NCBI GenBank assembly: GCA_019058315.1
Contig: JAHPZH010000001.1
Span: 1,105,432 to 1,169,431 of the forward strand
Reading direction: 5' to 3'
From: Candidatus Helarchaeota archaeon
Lineage (GTDB): Archaea > Asgardarchaeota > Lokiarchaeia > Helarchaeales > RDOG01
Length of the DNA: 64,000 bases
Positions 1 through 10,543 of the stretch are shown here, in pieces (the stretch's first letter is position 1; the number at the start of each line of letters is the position of its first letter). The translations under genes were made by a program, and so were the position numbers. The notes under the pieces are model-generated. The model ran no database searches, was not told where the DNA came from, and saw nothing but the letters and a program-made list of their open reading frames with translations.

Positions 1-1041
1 TGTGATCCTCGAGAAATTGGTCCTAAAAATAAGACTTTATGTGCTTATTTAAATGGTCTAGCTTTTCAATCTTTGGCAATGCTTTATTTACAAGGTCGAG
101 GACAAAAAATTTATGATTGGGGAGATAATCCCGAAAAGGAGCCTGAAGAAAAGAAAGAGGAAACTAAATTTGTGCTGGATTTTTTTAGACATTTAAATCC
201 TAATTATAGAAATGATCATTTGCTTTTGGTTGATCAAAGTGAAGACAATAATATGCGTATTTTGGATGAAAATATAATTGAAAAACTGAGAGGGGATATG
301 TTCGAAATAAATAAGGATCAAATTAAAAAATTTAAAAGAATATTAGCAAATATAACAACTCATAATTTTCTAGACAAATGTGAGTGTAGAGCAGGAATCT
401 TTGAACACGGACCATATAAGTTGGATAGTGGAGAAATGCTATTATTTAAAGATTTCCAATTTTTTTATACTGGAAAGGAAATATACAAGGGTCTAAAGAC
501 TGGATTTCCATGGTCAGAGACCGAAGCAAAATCACCAATACCAAATCTGTCAATTGGTTATATTCTAAAAGACATGAAGAAATTAGAATTTAATGATTGG
601 GGCACTTTATTTGCAGATCCTCCTGATTTTTCAAATAATATTATAAAAATTGGATTGTGGCAACGTGAATTAATTCTTCCAACCGAACAAGAATATCCAA
701 ATAAATTGGGTAAAATTGAACCTGTTCCTTGGGAAACTTATGAACAAGTTGGGAAATTTTCACAAGAAGCTTTAAATGAACTATATATTAAAATGGCAGA
801 TTGGGATTACAATAAACGTTGTCTATCAGGAACTTATCTTTATGCAAATGCCGTATTAACTCTGCTTTCAGCATATGCAGAAATACAAGATGAGATAGAT
901 TGGGAAACTCCAAAAAAAACAGAATCATATATCCCAATTTTTAAGAAATATATTGGTGGTGCACATCCATTTATGATGAGATTTTTTAGGTCAAAGAAAA
1001 GAAGAAAGCAAGATCCCAGTTACTATTATATAGTAGAATAA
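1..1041 (+). CDS. Hypothetical protein, 5'-truncated by window edge
   Basis: Frame is open from base 1 (CDPREIGPKNKTLCAYLNGLAFQSLAMLY...), so the track start at 73 is internal. No family motif recognised. Confidence 0.75.
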   Translation, partial: CDPREIGPKNKTLCAYLNGLAFQSLAMLYLQGRGQKIYDWGDNPEKEPEEKKEETKFVLDFFRHLNPNYRNDHLLLVDQSEDNNMRILDENIIEKLRGDMFEINKDQIKKFKRILANITTHNFLDKCECRAGIFEHGPYKLDSGEMLLFKDFQFFYTGKEIYKGLKTGFPWSETEAKSPIPNLSIGYILKDMKKLEFNDWGTLFADPPDFSNNIIKIGLWQRELILPTEQEYPNKLGKIEPVPWETYEQVGKFSQEALNELYIKMADWDYNKRCLSGTYLYANAVLTLLSAYAEIQDEIDWETPKKTESYIPIFKKYIGGAHPFMMRFFRSKKRRKQDPSYYYIVE

Positions 1042-1212
1042 ATTCAAGAGAAAAATTTAAAACGAATAAAACCAACGACTGAGATTTTTTTATTTATTTT
1101 TTCAACTGTCTTTTAAAGAGAAAAAATTTTAAGAATTTCCAATTTTAGTAATTTTAATTTACTACAAGGATTTCTCTTTTTTGAGGGATAATTTAAAATA
1201 GAAAAATCAGGT

Positions 1213-3024
1213 ATGAAAAAATTGAGTCTAATTGATAAAAAAGAGTATAGAAAGAGGATAAGAGAATTTTATAAAAAATTTGGTAATGAAATAGCTAAAG
1301 TTCAGAAATTGCCTCTTGAGAATAAAATTTCTTGGGGATCTCTCTTAGAAAAAAATGCAATTGAATACGGAGATCGTCCAGCCATATTATTTGAAGATTC
1401 AGAGTTAACATATAAACAATTTAATAAAATTGTAAATCAATATGCTAATTATTTTATTTCTTTAGGGTTAGAAAAAGGGGATGTTGTTGAAATTTTAATG
1501 AAAAACAGAACAGAATTATTAATTATTTATACCGCTGTTGCTAAAATTGGAGCTATTTCATCGATGATCAATAATGAGTTGAGAAAAAAAACATTAGCTT
1601 ATTGTTTAAACCTTACTCCAGGTAAATTTGTTATAATAGGTGAAGAATGTTACGATAAATTCAATAAAGTTAAATCACTTCTCAACCCATTAGAAGAACA
1701 AAAACTATTCTTTGTTCGTGATCAAGGATTAATGGATATTCCAGATGGTCTTGAGGATCTTACAGAAAATATTAAAGAAAGTTTAGTTGAAAATCCAGCA
1801 ACCACGGTTAATGTGAAAACAAGGGATCCTATTGCCTATATATTTACGTCAGGCACAACAGGTTTACCTAAAGCAGCAATTCAATTGCATCAAGGTATGG
1901 CGGTCTATGGTATTTATTATGGGGTTTTTGCAGCACAATTTACACCTAATGATATTATATATGTTTCTCTTCCTCTTTTTCATGGTACTGCTTTAGCACT
2001 TGGTTGGGCACCGATCATGGCTATGGGAGGGGCAATAGCTATGAGCCGAAAATTTAGTGTTTCTCGGTTCTGGAAAGATATTCGCAAATTCAAAGCATCT
2101 GCTTTTGTATATATTGGAGAAGTATGTCGTTATTTAATGAATCAAGAACCTCATCCAGATGACTCAAATAATACTGTAAAAACAATTATAGGGGTTGGAC
2201 TTCGCCCAGAAATATGGAAAGATTTTAAGAAACGATTTGACATCACGAGAGTTGTAGAAAGTTATGGGGCTTCAGAATCTAATGCGGGATTTATCAATTT
2301 GCTAAATTTTGATTGTACTGTAGGTTTCACTGCTGCTCAATATGCTGTTGTTAAATATGATATTGAAGCTAATGAACCGATTAGAGATGAAAATGGATAT
2401 TTTAAGAGAGTAGGTGTTGGTGGAACTGGTTTACTTTTAATCAAGAGTTATGGGGCATATAAATTTGTAGGATATACTGATAAAAAAGCAAGTGAAAAGA
2501 AACTATTTCGTAATGTTTTTTTTGAAGGGGATGAATGGTTCAATACGGGTGATTTAATGAGAGAATTGGGGTATAGTCACCTCCAATTTGTAGATAGGCT
2601 AGGAGATACATTCCGTTGGAAAGGTCATAATGTATCCACAACCGAAGTAGAAGAGGTGCTAAATACTCATGAAGATGTTTTATTTTCTTGTGTTTATGGA
2701 GTCCAGATACCATTTACGGATGGTCGTGCAGGTATGGCAGCTATAGTGCCAAAAACCAGTGTTGATGCATTTGATTTTAAAAAACTTTTAGAGAATTTCA
2801 GGGAAAACCTTGCATCTTATGCGATTCCCATTTTTCTTAGGTTCAAATCGGAAATAGCAGTTACTGCAACTTTTAAATTTAAAAAACTTAAACTCAAAGA
2901 AGAAGAATTTGATATTGATAAAACTGATGATATCTTTTATGTATTATTACCTGGTGAATCAGAATATACTCTATTAACAAGAGAAATTTATGATAATATT
3001 TTAAACCGCAAATATAAATACTAA
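1213..3024 (+). CDS. Long/very-long-chain acyl-CoA synthetase, FATP/FadD6-like
   Basis: AMP-binding YIFTSGTTGLPKAA, YGASE, and FATP signature DRLGDTFRWKGHNVSTTEVE. Confidence 0.92.
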   Translation: MKKLSLIDKKEYRKRIREFYKKFGNEIAKVQKLPLENKISWGSLLEKNAIEYGDRPAILFEDSELTYKQFNKIVNQYANYFISLGLEKGDVVEILMKNRTELLIIYTAVAKIGAISSMINNELRKKTLAYCLNLTPGKFVIIGEECYDKFNKVKSLLNPLEEQKLFFVRDQGLMDIPDGLEDLTENIKESLVENPATTVNVKTRDPIAYIFTSGTTGLPKAAIQLHQGMAVYGIYYGVFAAQFTPNDIIYVSLPLFHGTALALGWAPIMAMGGAIAMSRKFSVSRFWKDIRKFKASAFVYIGEVCRYLMNQEPHPDDSNNTVKTIIGVGLRPEIWKDFKKRFDITRVVESYGASESNAGFINLLNFDCTVGFTAAQYAVVKYDIEANEPIRDENGYFKRVGVGGTGLLLIKSYGAYKFVGYTDKKASEKKLFRNVFFEGDEWFNTGDLMRELGYSHLQFVDRLGDTFRWKGHNVSTTEVEEVLNTHEDVLFSCVYGVQIPFTDGRAGMAAIVPKTSVDAFDFKKLLENFRENLASYAIPIFLRFKSEIAVTATFKFKKLKLKEEEFDIDKTDDIFYVLLPGESEYTLLTREIYDNILNRKYKY

Positions 3025-3053
3025 TAAATTTTTTTCCAAATTCCGAATTTATT

Positions 3054-3764
3054 TTAAGTTCCACGTAATTCTTCATTAATTTCTTTTAGAAAGATTATAC
3101 TAAGAGGAATCATCCAGCCAAGTAGTATATAAAACGTTAACCATTCATGAAATGGTTGAAATCCAAAGCTAAATAATATAATTATCATTACTATTGGAGT
3201 AATAAACATATACAAACCCAATATCTTGGGAATTTTTTCAGAATAGAAAAAAATTACTAAACCATAAAAAAAGCTAGCAAATGCAAATCCATTAAAAACA
3301 GCAACTGTAAAAACCCAATGCAAATCCAAAGATGTTGTTCGATCCTCAGAAAATAATCCAACTCCAAACATTCCAATCAAGCCTATAACCATAAAAATAA
3401 AACCTATAATGCATAATATATTGCCTAATCTCAAATTCTTACTTGATATATTCTTTGAATCTTCTTTATTTTGAGTGAGCGGATTTAATCGTTTTTTTAA
3501 ATAAAATGAACTTGGTATTAGAAAAAATGATGTTAACATACAGCCAAAATCTAAAATAAAAGGCATTGGAGTATAATTAAATGAACCCATATCACTTATA
3601 TAATTAGTAAATAATGAATAAGAACCAGGTCCTTGTAGAGTTCCTCCATAAATAAAAGCTACGATATAGCCAACACAGATCGCTCCAGCATATATAATAA
3701 CTCCAATTATCGTAGAATATTTAACAACTTTTAGCTTTGTTAAAAATTGGTAAATTTGACTCAT
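3054..3764 (-). CDS. Multi-pass membrane protein, DUF998/Frag1-like
   Basis: About 6 hydrophobic segments; motifs NYISDMG, GVGLFSED..LH and terminal EW. Confidence 0.65.
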   Translation of the reverse strand: MSQIYQFLTKLKVVKYSTIIGVIIYAGAICVGYIVAFIYGGTLQGPGSYSLFTNYISDMGSFNYTPMPFILDFGCMLTSFFLIPSSFYLKKRLNPLTQNKEDSKNISSKNLRLGNILCIIGFIFMVIGLIGMFGVGLFSEDRTTSLDLHWVFTVAVFNGFAFASFFYGLVIFFYSEKIPKILGLYMFITPIVMIIILFSFGFQPFHEWLTFYILLGWMIPLSIIFLKEINEELRGT

Positions 3765-3966
3765 ATTTATCCCATTTTTATTTGAATCTAATGATTTTGA
3801 TTCCGTAGTTAATAAACAACATGAACGATTAAAATATTTATAAATTTTATGAATAAGCTAACCAAGAACCAGATATTGTAAAGAATGCTACAAAGGATTG
3901 AGAGATAATTTGTTAGAATTAAGAATTTCTTTAAATAATAAGCTTTATTAAATAGTTTTAAATGGT

Positions 3967-5394
3967 TTGATTGTTATGGAAAAAAAATCAACTGAAATTA
4001 AACTTACTAAAAAAGAAATCTTTGGCTTCTCGACAGGAATAATTCCCGGTTCATTAATATCGATAACGTATACCCTTTGCTATATTGAATTCTTTCAAAT
4101 CGAGTTAGGATTACAAGCTAGTTATTTTATTCTTGGTATGATAATTTACTTATTCGTAAATGCTTTTAATGATCCTCTTCTTGGTCAACTTAGTGATAGG
4201 ACAAATAGGGAAAAATGGGGAAGCCGGCGAAAAGTATATCTTAAATATGGTACACCAATTTTGGCCTTGGCATTTATCTCGATATGGATTCCATGGAGCT
4301 ATACTAATCAACTAATAATTTTTCTTCATTTCGTAATTAGCATTTGTTGCTATGAGACGATGATGACGCTAATCTTGATGTGTTGGGCAGTATTATTACC
4401 AGAAATGACCCAAAATATTGATGAACGAAATAAAGTAAATTTTGTTTGTTTAATATTTGGATTTTTTTCTTCAATACCAGTTATGATAATGCCAATTTTG
4501 TTACGGAGCGGCAGTAAAGAAACTGGTTATCTACCATTTCAGATCACTACTGGAATTTTTGCACTAATTACACTCGTTTGTTATGCGATCGTTATTAAAA
4601 CTTGTGATGAACGACCCGAATTTCAAAAAGATGCAAGTTTTCCTCTCACCAAGTCTGTGAAAGAAAGTCTGAAGCATAAATCCTTCCTTATGCATGTAGG
4701 GTTTAACTTCTGCCAATCTCTAAATGGTTCTATGGGGATTCCTTTTCTCTTTGTGTATGTACTAGTTCTTGGTAATGATTTTGTTATGGTTACTATTTAT
4801 TTTTATCTTATTTTTATTCTGGTTGGGTATATTTCGAGTCTATTTTGCTTGAATTATAGAAAAAAATGGGGTATGCGTAAATTGGTATTACGATTTGGAA
4901 TATTAAGAATTCTCGGAAGCATATTGATATTTTTCTTAATATTAAATCCAACAACCGAACCATTAATTTGGTTGGGTTTCATTTGGACTACTTTTTTTGG
5001 TGGAGCAGTTACAATATTCTTGAGCTCATTCTTATATTTAGTCATGGATGAGGATGAAGTAAAACACGGTTCCCGAAGGGAAGGAATGTTTTTTGGAATG
5101 AATGCTTTATTTACAAAACCAGCAGAAAGTATTGGGCCGATTTTTGCAACATTATTTTTAATTTATATTGGATATAATGGAAGTTTTCAGAATTTTCCAT
5201 TTCCGATACCTCAAATGTCATCAACCTTATTGGGGATAAAAATATTATTTCTTATAATTCCAGCTATAATTAATATAATTGGACTTATTTTCATGTATTT
5301 TTATCCTTTACATGACGATTATTTAGAATATATCCAAACCGAATTAAATGAAATACATCGTCAAAAAAAGGAAAAAATTAAGGATTTGTATTAA
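3967..5394 (+). CDS. MFS GPH-family (MelB-like) glycoside:cation symporter; ATG at 3976 is a likely start
   Basis: NAFNDPLLGQLSDRT..WGSRR, LPEMT..DER and DEDE..GSRREGMFFG motifs; about 12 TMs. Confidence 0.9.
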   Translation: MIVMEKKSTEIKLTKKEIFGFSTGIIPGSLISITYTLCYIEFFQIELGLQASYFILGMIIYLFVNAFNDPLLGQLSDRTNREKWGSRRKVYLKYGTPILALAFISIWIPWSYTNQLIIFLHFVISICCYETMMTLILMCWAVLLPEMTQNIDERNKVNFVCLIFGFFSSIPVMIMPILLRSGSKETGYLPFQITTGIFALITLVCYAIVIKTCDERPEFQKDASFPLTKSVKESLKHKSFLMHVGFNFCQSLNGSMGIPFLFVYVLVLGNDFVMVTIYFYLIFILVGYISSLFCLNYRKKWGMRKLVLRFGILRILGSILIFFLILNPTTEPLIWLGFIWTTFFGGAVTIFLSSFLYLVMDEDEVKHGSRREGMFFGMNALFTKPAESIGPIFATLFLIYIGYNGSFQNFPFPIPQMSSTLLGIKILFLIIPAIINIIGLIFMYFYPLHDDYLEYIQTELNEIHRQKKEKIKDLY

Positions 5395-5597
5395 AACAAT
5401 TTTTTAATGCCACTTACAACCTTTTTTTAACACTTTCATTTTTAATTTCAATGAACCCCAGTGTTTTTTAATATAATTTTGATTGAATTAATTAAAAGGG
5501 AGTTAAGGTTTACACGCAAGGAATTAGCGAAATATCGAAAGAATTAAACCTTTAAAATCTTCTTTGCTTTTGTAAGTATTCTGATAATTATTGGAAA

Positions 5598-6341
5598 TTA
5601 TTTTTTAAAAGTAAATTTATTTGAAAATTTATTAAGGTGGACAAAATCCTCTAGCTTTCGCCGGTACGGTGTTCCATATTTGCCAAATTTTCCTTCATAT
5701 CCCAGTCGGAATAAGAATAATATGCGATAATCCTTAGGTATGTTTAAAATTTCATGCAATTTCCTAATTGACTCAACCATCATGGTTTGACTACTGATTA
5801 AGTGTACAGAGATTCCTAAATTATTAGCTGCAAGCCAAATGTTTTGCATAACTGCTCCAACGCCTAATATTCCCCAGAGATTTTTCAATGGACCAATTCC
5901 GGGAAGTTTTGGATCAAAAATAACGATTAACATTATGGCTGTGGCTTGCATTACAATCGAGAATAAACCCATTGTTTTTTTCCAGAACTCATCATCATCA
6001 ATTAATTCAGGTTTATCTTTCAAATCATGCACGAATTTCGGAACTACATCCACTTGAACACCAACTCCTTTCGATTCCAGCTCCTTTTTTGAACGCGTCC
6101 AAAAAATATGGCCATCTACTTCTTCTTTACTTAATCGAATTTCAACTTCAGAGATTTGTTTAATAATATTCCTATCTTTCACTACGATTATCTCGAATGG
6201 TTGTCTATTATGAGGGGTCGGAGCATACTGAGCTGCCTCCAGAATCTTTTTCAAATCTTCATCAGAAATTCTCCTTTTTGAAAATACCCAGCGGGAACTT
6301 CTCCTAAACTTCACTAACTCTTGAAAATCCATTGAAAACAC
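5598..6341 (-). CDS. Nitroreductase family flavoprotein
   Basis: RRSSR, ILEAAQYAPTPHNRQP, QNIWLAANNLGI, LGY motifs. Confidence 0.9.
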   Translation of the reverse strand: MFSMDFQELVKFRRSSRWVFSKRRISDEDLKKILEAAQYAPTPHNRQPFEIIVVKDRNIIKQISEVEIRLSKEEVDGHIFWTRSKKELESKGVGVQVDVVPKFVHDLKDKPELIDDDEFWKKTMGLFSIVMQATAIMLIVIFDPKLPGIGPLKNLWGILGVGAVMQNIWLAANNLGISVHLISSQTMMVESIRKLHEILNIPKDYRILFLFRLGYEGKFGKYGTPYRRKLEDFVHLNKFSNKFTFKK

Positions 6342-6445
6342 AAAACCTTTAGGTTAAGTAATTAGTTTGATTTAACTTTTTTAAAGATAATTTCTAAAAT
6401 TATTTATCCAAATAGATCTTGATAAAGGATTGATATAAAAAATTT

Positions 6446-8029
6446 TTAAAATTGACAATCCCTAATAACTGGATTCCTTAAATCTTCAGTATTTTTTCTC
6501 ATCAACTTTAAGAGTAGTTCAGATTTTTTATCACCAAATGATTGGTTGTTCCATAAATTATTCATTTCATCAGGGTCTTCTTTTAAATTAAACAATTGAC
6601 CAATATATGCTTCGCTGAAAACCGTAATTCTCCAATCTTCTGTAATCAAGGTCCTTGATTGCTCATTAATTGTAATTTCATCATCCATTTCAATTAGAAT
6701 TGAATCATGAATTTTTGTATCAGGTTTTTTTAATATTGGAACCAAACTTTTGCCTTGCATACTATCAGGTATAGGAAATCTAGCCAATTCTAAAATAGTT
6801 TCTGGGATATCAATGGAGCTAGCTAGAGATGTTGTTTCTTTATTTTCCAAACCATTTGGGATCTTAATTAAAAATGGGATATTAACCAAGCCTTGATATA
6901 AATAAGGACCTTTAAAAAAGAAATGATGATCTCCCCCTAATTCACCATGATCGGTGGTATAAATGACAATTGTATTTTTGGCTAAACCAGTTTTATCTAA
7001 AACATCTAGAATTTCTCCCACAGCATCATCGATCATTTTTTCCATTCCATAAGAAGCAGCAATTACACGTTTCGCATCAAGCTCCGTTACATCTTTGGGA
7101 CTGGGAAATAACCCTTTGGTTGTACCTTCTGTATGTAAAGTCTCGTTATAATGTATCTTCATGAATTCAGGACTTTTTTCATGTTTATCATTAAAGGATT
7201 TTGGCAGAATTATATCCTCTGGGTCATACATTCCAAAGTATTTTCCTGGGGGAGTATAAGGATGATGAGGATCTGGAAAAGAGCAAAATGTGAAGAAATT
7301 ATTTTTTGAATATTCACCATTTGCAAATCTCTCTAAGAAATTAATCGTATTTTCTTTGACAAAGGTAGTTGAGTAGAGTTCTTCCGGAACCTTATGTCTT
7401 AATACTTGTAATTTAAGAAAAGATCCTTTCGTCTTAAAACTCCAGTTAATCCTATCTTGAAGGGTTGCATCTGAGGTAGTTGGTTTCATCCTGAATAATT
7501 TACATAGTTTATCATCATTATCCATTTTAGATTTTACCCAATTGAAATAATCTGGATGTCCACAAAGAGTTCCATGCCCACAGACTAATTTTATTTCTTC
7601 TAATCCGAAATATGGAGAATAATTAGTTAATTTATGATAATCCCAGTGTTGACTATATTCCTGACTCTCGGTTTGTTTATTAAATTTCTTTATCGGAAAT
7701 CCAAAATAATTCAAATGAATCTTACCAAAACTGGCAGTATGATAATATCCTGATTCTAATAAAATATCAGTAAATGTTCTCGTCCCTTGAGGTAATTTTC
7801 TCCCATTTGTTGTTACTCCATGCACTGAAGGATATTGCCCAGTAAATATAGTGCTTCGATTAGGCATACAGATTGGATTATTACAATAAAATCTGGTAAA
7901 TTTAATTCCATTCTTAGCTATGCTGTCAATATACGGAGTTCTTAAAACCATATTATTATTATAACAACTTAAATGATCTACACGCTGTTGGTCGGTAAAA
8001 ATAAACAAAAAATTCAATCTTTCACTCAA
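6446..8029 (-). CDS. Cys-type sulfatase (arylsulfatase A-like)
   Basis: TDQQR, CMPNRSTIFTG (CxPxR), GKIH, DPHHP, TDHGE, KG motifs. Confidence 0.93.
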   Translation of the reverse strand: MSERLNFLFIFTDQQRVDHLSCYNNNMVLRTPYIDSIAKNGIKFTRFYCNNPICMPNRSTIFTGQYPSVHGVTTNGRKLPQGTRTFTDILLESGYYHTASFGKIHLNYFGFPIKKFNKQTESQEYSQHWDYHKLTNYSPYFGLEEIKLVCGHGTLCGHPDYFNWVKSKMDNDDKLCKLFRMKPTTSDATLQDRINWSFKTKGSFLKLQVLRHKVPEELYSTTFVKENTINFLERFANGEYSKNNFFTFCSFPDPHHPYTPPGKYFGMYDPEDIILPKSFNDKHEKSPEFMKIHYNETLHTEGTTKGLFPSPKDVTELDAKRVIAASYGMEKMIDDAVGEILDVLDKTGLAKNTIVIYTTDHGELGGDHHFFFKGPYLYQGLVNIPFLIKIPNGLENKETTSLASSIDIPETILELARFPIPDSMQGKSLVPILKKPDTKIHDSILIEMDDEITINEQSRTLITEDWRITVFSEAYIGQLFNLKEDPDEMNNLWNNQSFGDKKSELLLKLMRKNTEDLRNPVIRDCQF

Positions 8030-8188
8030 TTTAATCAGAATCCTTTACTTGATTGTGAATTAGATAATTATAAGCATTCTATATTAATTTTAATCAAATA
8101 TTTTACATTTAATCTTCAATTTATTAAATTTATATCAAGAAAAAATTATTGATATCTTATATAAATGTATAATTCAATCTAATTATTC

Positions 8189-9538
8189 ATGTCAGAAAAA
8201 AATGAAAAATTTCCTTTAGACTACAATATGATAAGGGAACAAATAATAGAATCTCTTGAAATTGGAGATCCACAAGAAGCTTATTTAAATATAAGAACCA
8301 TTTTAGATTATCCAGGACAAGTTAAGAATGAAATAATGTGGCAAGATGCAATAACATTATTTGAACGAATTACTAGGAATCTTGTAGGTGATAAATTAGG
8401 AGATTTAGTGAAAAATATCATATTATATCCAAACGATGTTTTGGCATTATATGATCTTGCATATGAATTATATGAACAAAGAGTCCATAGCATTGCTGCA
8501 ACATTACTAAATAGAGCAAATAAAATATCCCCTCAGAACGAAAAAATAGTAACAGAGTTAGTTAGCAATTTAGAAGCTATGATGTTAAATAATGAAGCAC
8601 GAAAAATTCTCTCAGAAGCTAAAGATGTACTTAAATCCAGTGAATTTTGTAGATATCTTTTAGCTTTTAATAGTTTAATGGTTGGCGATATTAATGAGCC
8701 AGTAAAAATTTTACCTAGCATACAAGGAAGTAGTGATGAAGGTATTCAATTTATGGCTAAAACTCTTGAGGGTATGATAGACCGTGCCTTAGCTCTTAAG
8801 AATGTACGTTCATTAGATAATAAAGATCTACGTGGTTGGCATATTGTACTAAATGGCACAGTTTTATTACATCGCTCTCCATATGTATTGGATGTAATGA
8901 ATGGACGTTACGCTTATGTTTCAGATTCTTATTCATTATGTAGAGATGGTATCGATCGAATAAAGGAAGTTTTGAAAATAGCTGAAATTGATATTCCTTA
9001 TGTGATTTCCTTGCCAGATCGTTCAAGTCAAATTTTAGCACATGCTACTTCTAAAATCCTTGAAAAACCTCTGGAAATTTGGAATCTGAAAGATATTAAA
9101 GAAGGATTAATCGTATCTTACGATCTAGATGAAAGTTGTTCGGAAGAAATGTATGGAAAGATAACAAACTTCCAACCTGGTCAAATATTATGGGCACATG
9201 CATCTAATTGGATTAATCCTTATCCAATTGCACCAGATATTACAACTTTTCTCAATCAAGAAAATGCTTCTCCTTGGGGTCGACGTATGGCCTATGATAT
9301 AAAAGGAAAAGAATTAACAACAACCAAACCAGATGATTCAGTAATTGAAGAAGTATCCTTAAAAATTATAGAAGCAGAAAAGGATGAAGACTATCTTGAT
9401 GACCTTGATGATTTATTATCATTGATTGAACCGTTAAAAAATTTAAAAGATGAAAGTAAGCCTGGAGTATTTAGAACTTCAGGCAAGAGACTTCGTCAAA
9501 GAGCTGGTTCTCCAGTCCCAAGTGGTAGGTTTATTTAA
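8189..9538 (+). CDS. Hypothetical protein: N-terminal TPR-like helices plus C-terminal alpha/beta domain
   Basis: 449-aa ORF with TPR-like segment PNDVLALYDLAYELYE..AATLLNRANKISP. Confidence 0.6.
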   Translation: MSEKNEKFPLDYNMIREQIIESLEIGDPQEAYLNIRTILDYPGQVKNEIMWQDAITLFERITRNLVGDKLGDLVKNIILYPNDVLALYDLAYELYEQRVHSIAATLLNRANKISPQNEKIVTELVSNLEAMMLNNEARKILSEAKDVLKSSEFCRYLLAFNSLMVGDINEPVKILPSIQGSSDEGIQFMAKTLEGMIDRALALKNVRSLDNKDLRGWHIVLNGTVLLHRSPYVLDVMNGRYAYVSDSYSLCRDGIDRIKEVLKIAEIDIPYVISLPDRSSQILAHATSKILEKPLEIWNLKDIKEGLIVSYDLDESCSEEMYGKITNFQPGQILWAHASNWINPYPIAPDITTFLNQENASPWGRRMAYDIKGKELTTTKPDDSVIEEVSLKIIEAEKDEDYLDDLDDLLSLIEPLKNLKDESKPGVFRTSGKRLRQRAGSPVPSGRFI

Positions 9539-9699
9539 TAGGTCCTTTTTATCAATTCAATTAATACTGATTGACCTTTCATTTTTGAATATACACAATT
9601 CTTACTTAAAATTAATAAAAAATTAAAAGGGATATTAAACAAATTTAACTAAATACTCTCTTAAAATTAATAAAAATATCAAAATGGGAAAAGATATTC

Positions 9700-10497
9700 A
9701 TGTCAGAAAAAGAATATAAGTATATAATCTATAAGCTCGAAAATGGTATTGGAAGAATTACCTTAAATCGACCAAATCAGCTTAATGCTTTAAAATATCC
9801 TCTGATAATGGAAATTGTTGATATTCTTGGATCTTCTATGAAAAAAAAAGCAATTCGGGTTTTTGTTATTGAGGGTAGTGGCCGAGCATTCTGCTCTGGT
9901 GATGATTTGAAAGGAATGGGGGATGAAGGTCTTAAGTTCGAACCATTAGAGGATGGTTCCCGGATACCTCATCAAAGGATGATTAAACTTATTCGGAAAA
10001 TTCAAAAACCTGTGATAGCCTTGTTGCATGGACATTGTTTAGGTGCAGGATTTGAATTGGCTCTAGCTTGTGATTTTAGATTGGCAGCCGACAACTTGCA
10101 AATTGGAGACCATCGTGCAACTCGGGCCATTTGTATGATGAGTGGAGCGAGTTGGTTTCTTCCTCGAATTGTCGGCTTTGCAAGAGCAACAGAAATAATC
10201 ATGACTGGTCGCCATCTTGATGCAAAAGAAGCATTAGAAATAGGATTGATTCATAAAGTCTATCCATTGGCAGAATTTAAGGAAAAATCACAAGAATTTA
10301 TTCAGAAAATCGCCGAACTCCCTACAAGATGCTTAGGATTTAACAAGGCAATGTTAAATTTTTCTCAATTTAATGAATTATTTCCATCATTACAATACGA
10401 ACTGGATTTATATATGCGTAACATGGCAACTTACGATCATTTCGAAGGGATTAAATCGTTCTTGGAAAAACGGACACCAAAATATAGAGGAAAATAA
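9700..10497 (+). CDS. Enoyl-CoA hydratase/isomerase (crotonase family)
   Basis: ITLNRPNQLNAL, AFCSGDDL, KPVIALLHGHCLGAGFELALACDFR, EGIKSFLEKRTP. Confidence 0.93.
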   Translation: MSEKEYKYIIYKLENGIGRITLNRPNQLNALKYPLIMEIVDILGSSMKKKAIRVFVIEGSGRAFCSGDDLKGMGDEGLKFEPLEDGSRIPHQRMIKLIRKIQKPVIALLHGHCLGAGFELALACDFRLAADNLQIGDHRATRAICMMSGASWFLPRIVGFARATEIIMTGRHLDAKEALEIGLIHKVYPLAEFKEKSQEFIQKIAELPTRCLGFNKAMLNFSQFNELFPSLQYELDLYMRNMATYDHFEGIKSFLEKRTPKYRGK

Positions 10498-10543
10498 GTT
10501 TAAAATAAGTAAATACTTTTCAAAATTAGGAGTTGTTATCAAA

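Noticed and set aside
5479-5547. Short frame ELRFTRKELAKY resembling a cytochrome b5-like N-terminus
   Set aside because: Only 22 codons with no downstream continuation; likely chance.
10373-10543. N-terminal extension of the AttH-like ORF overlapping the crotonase
   Set aside because: 125-nt overlap and no coherent sequence; a better start with an SD-like motif exists at 10544.
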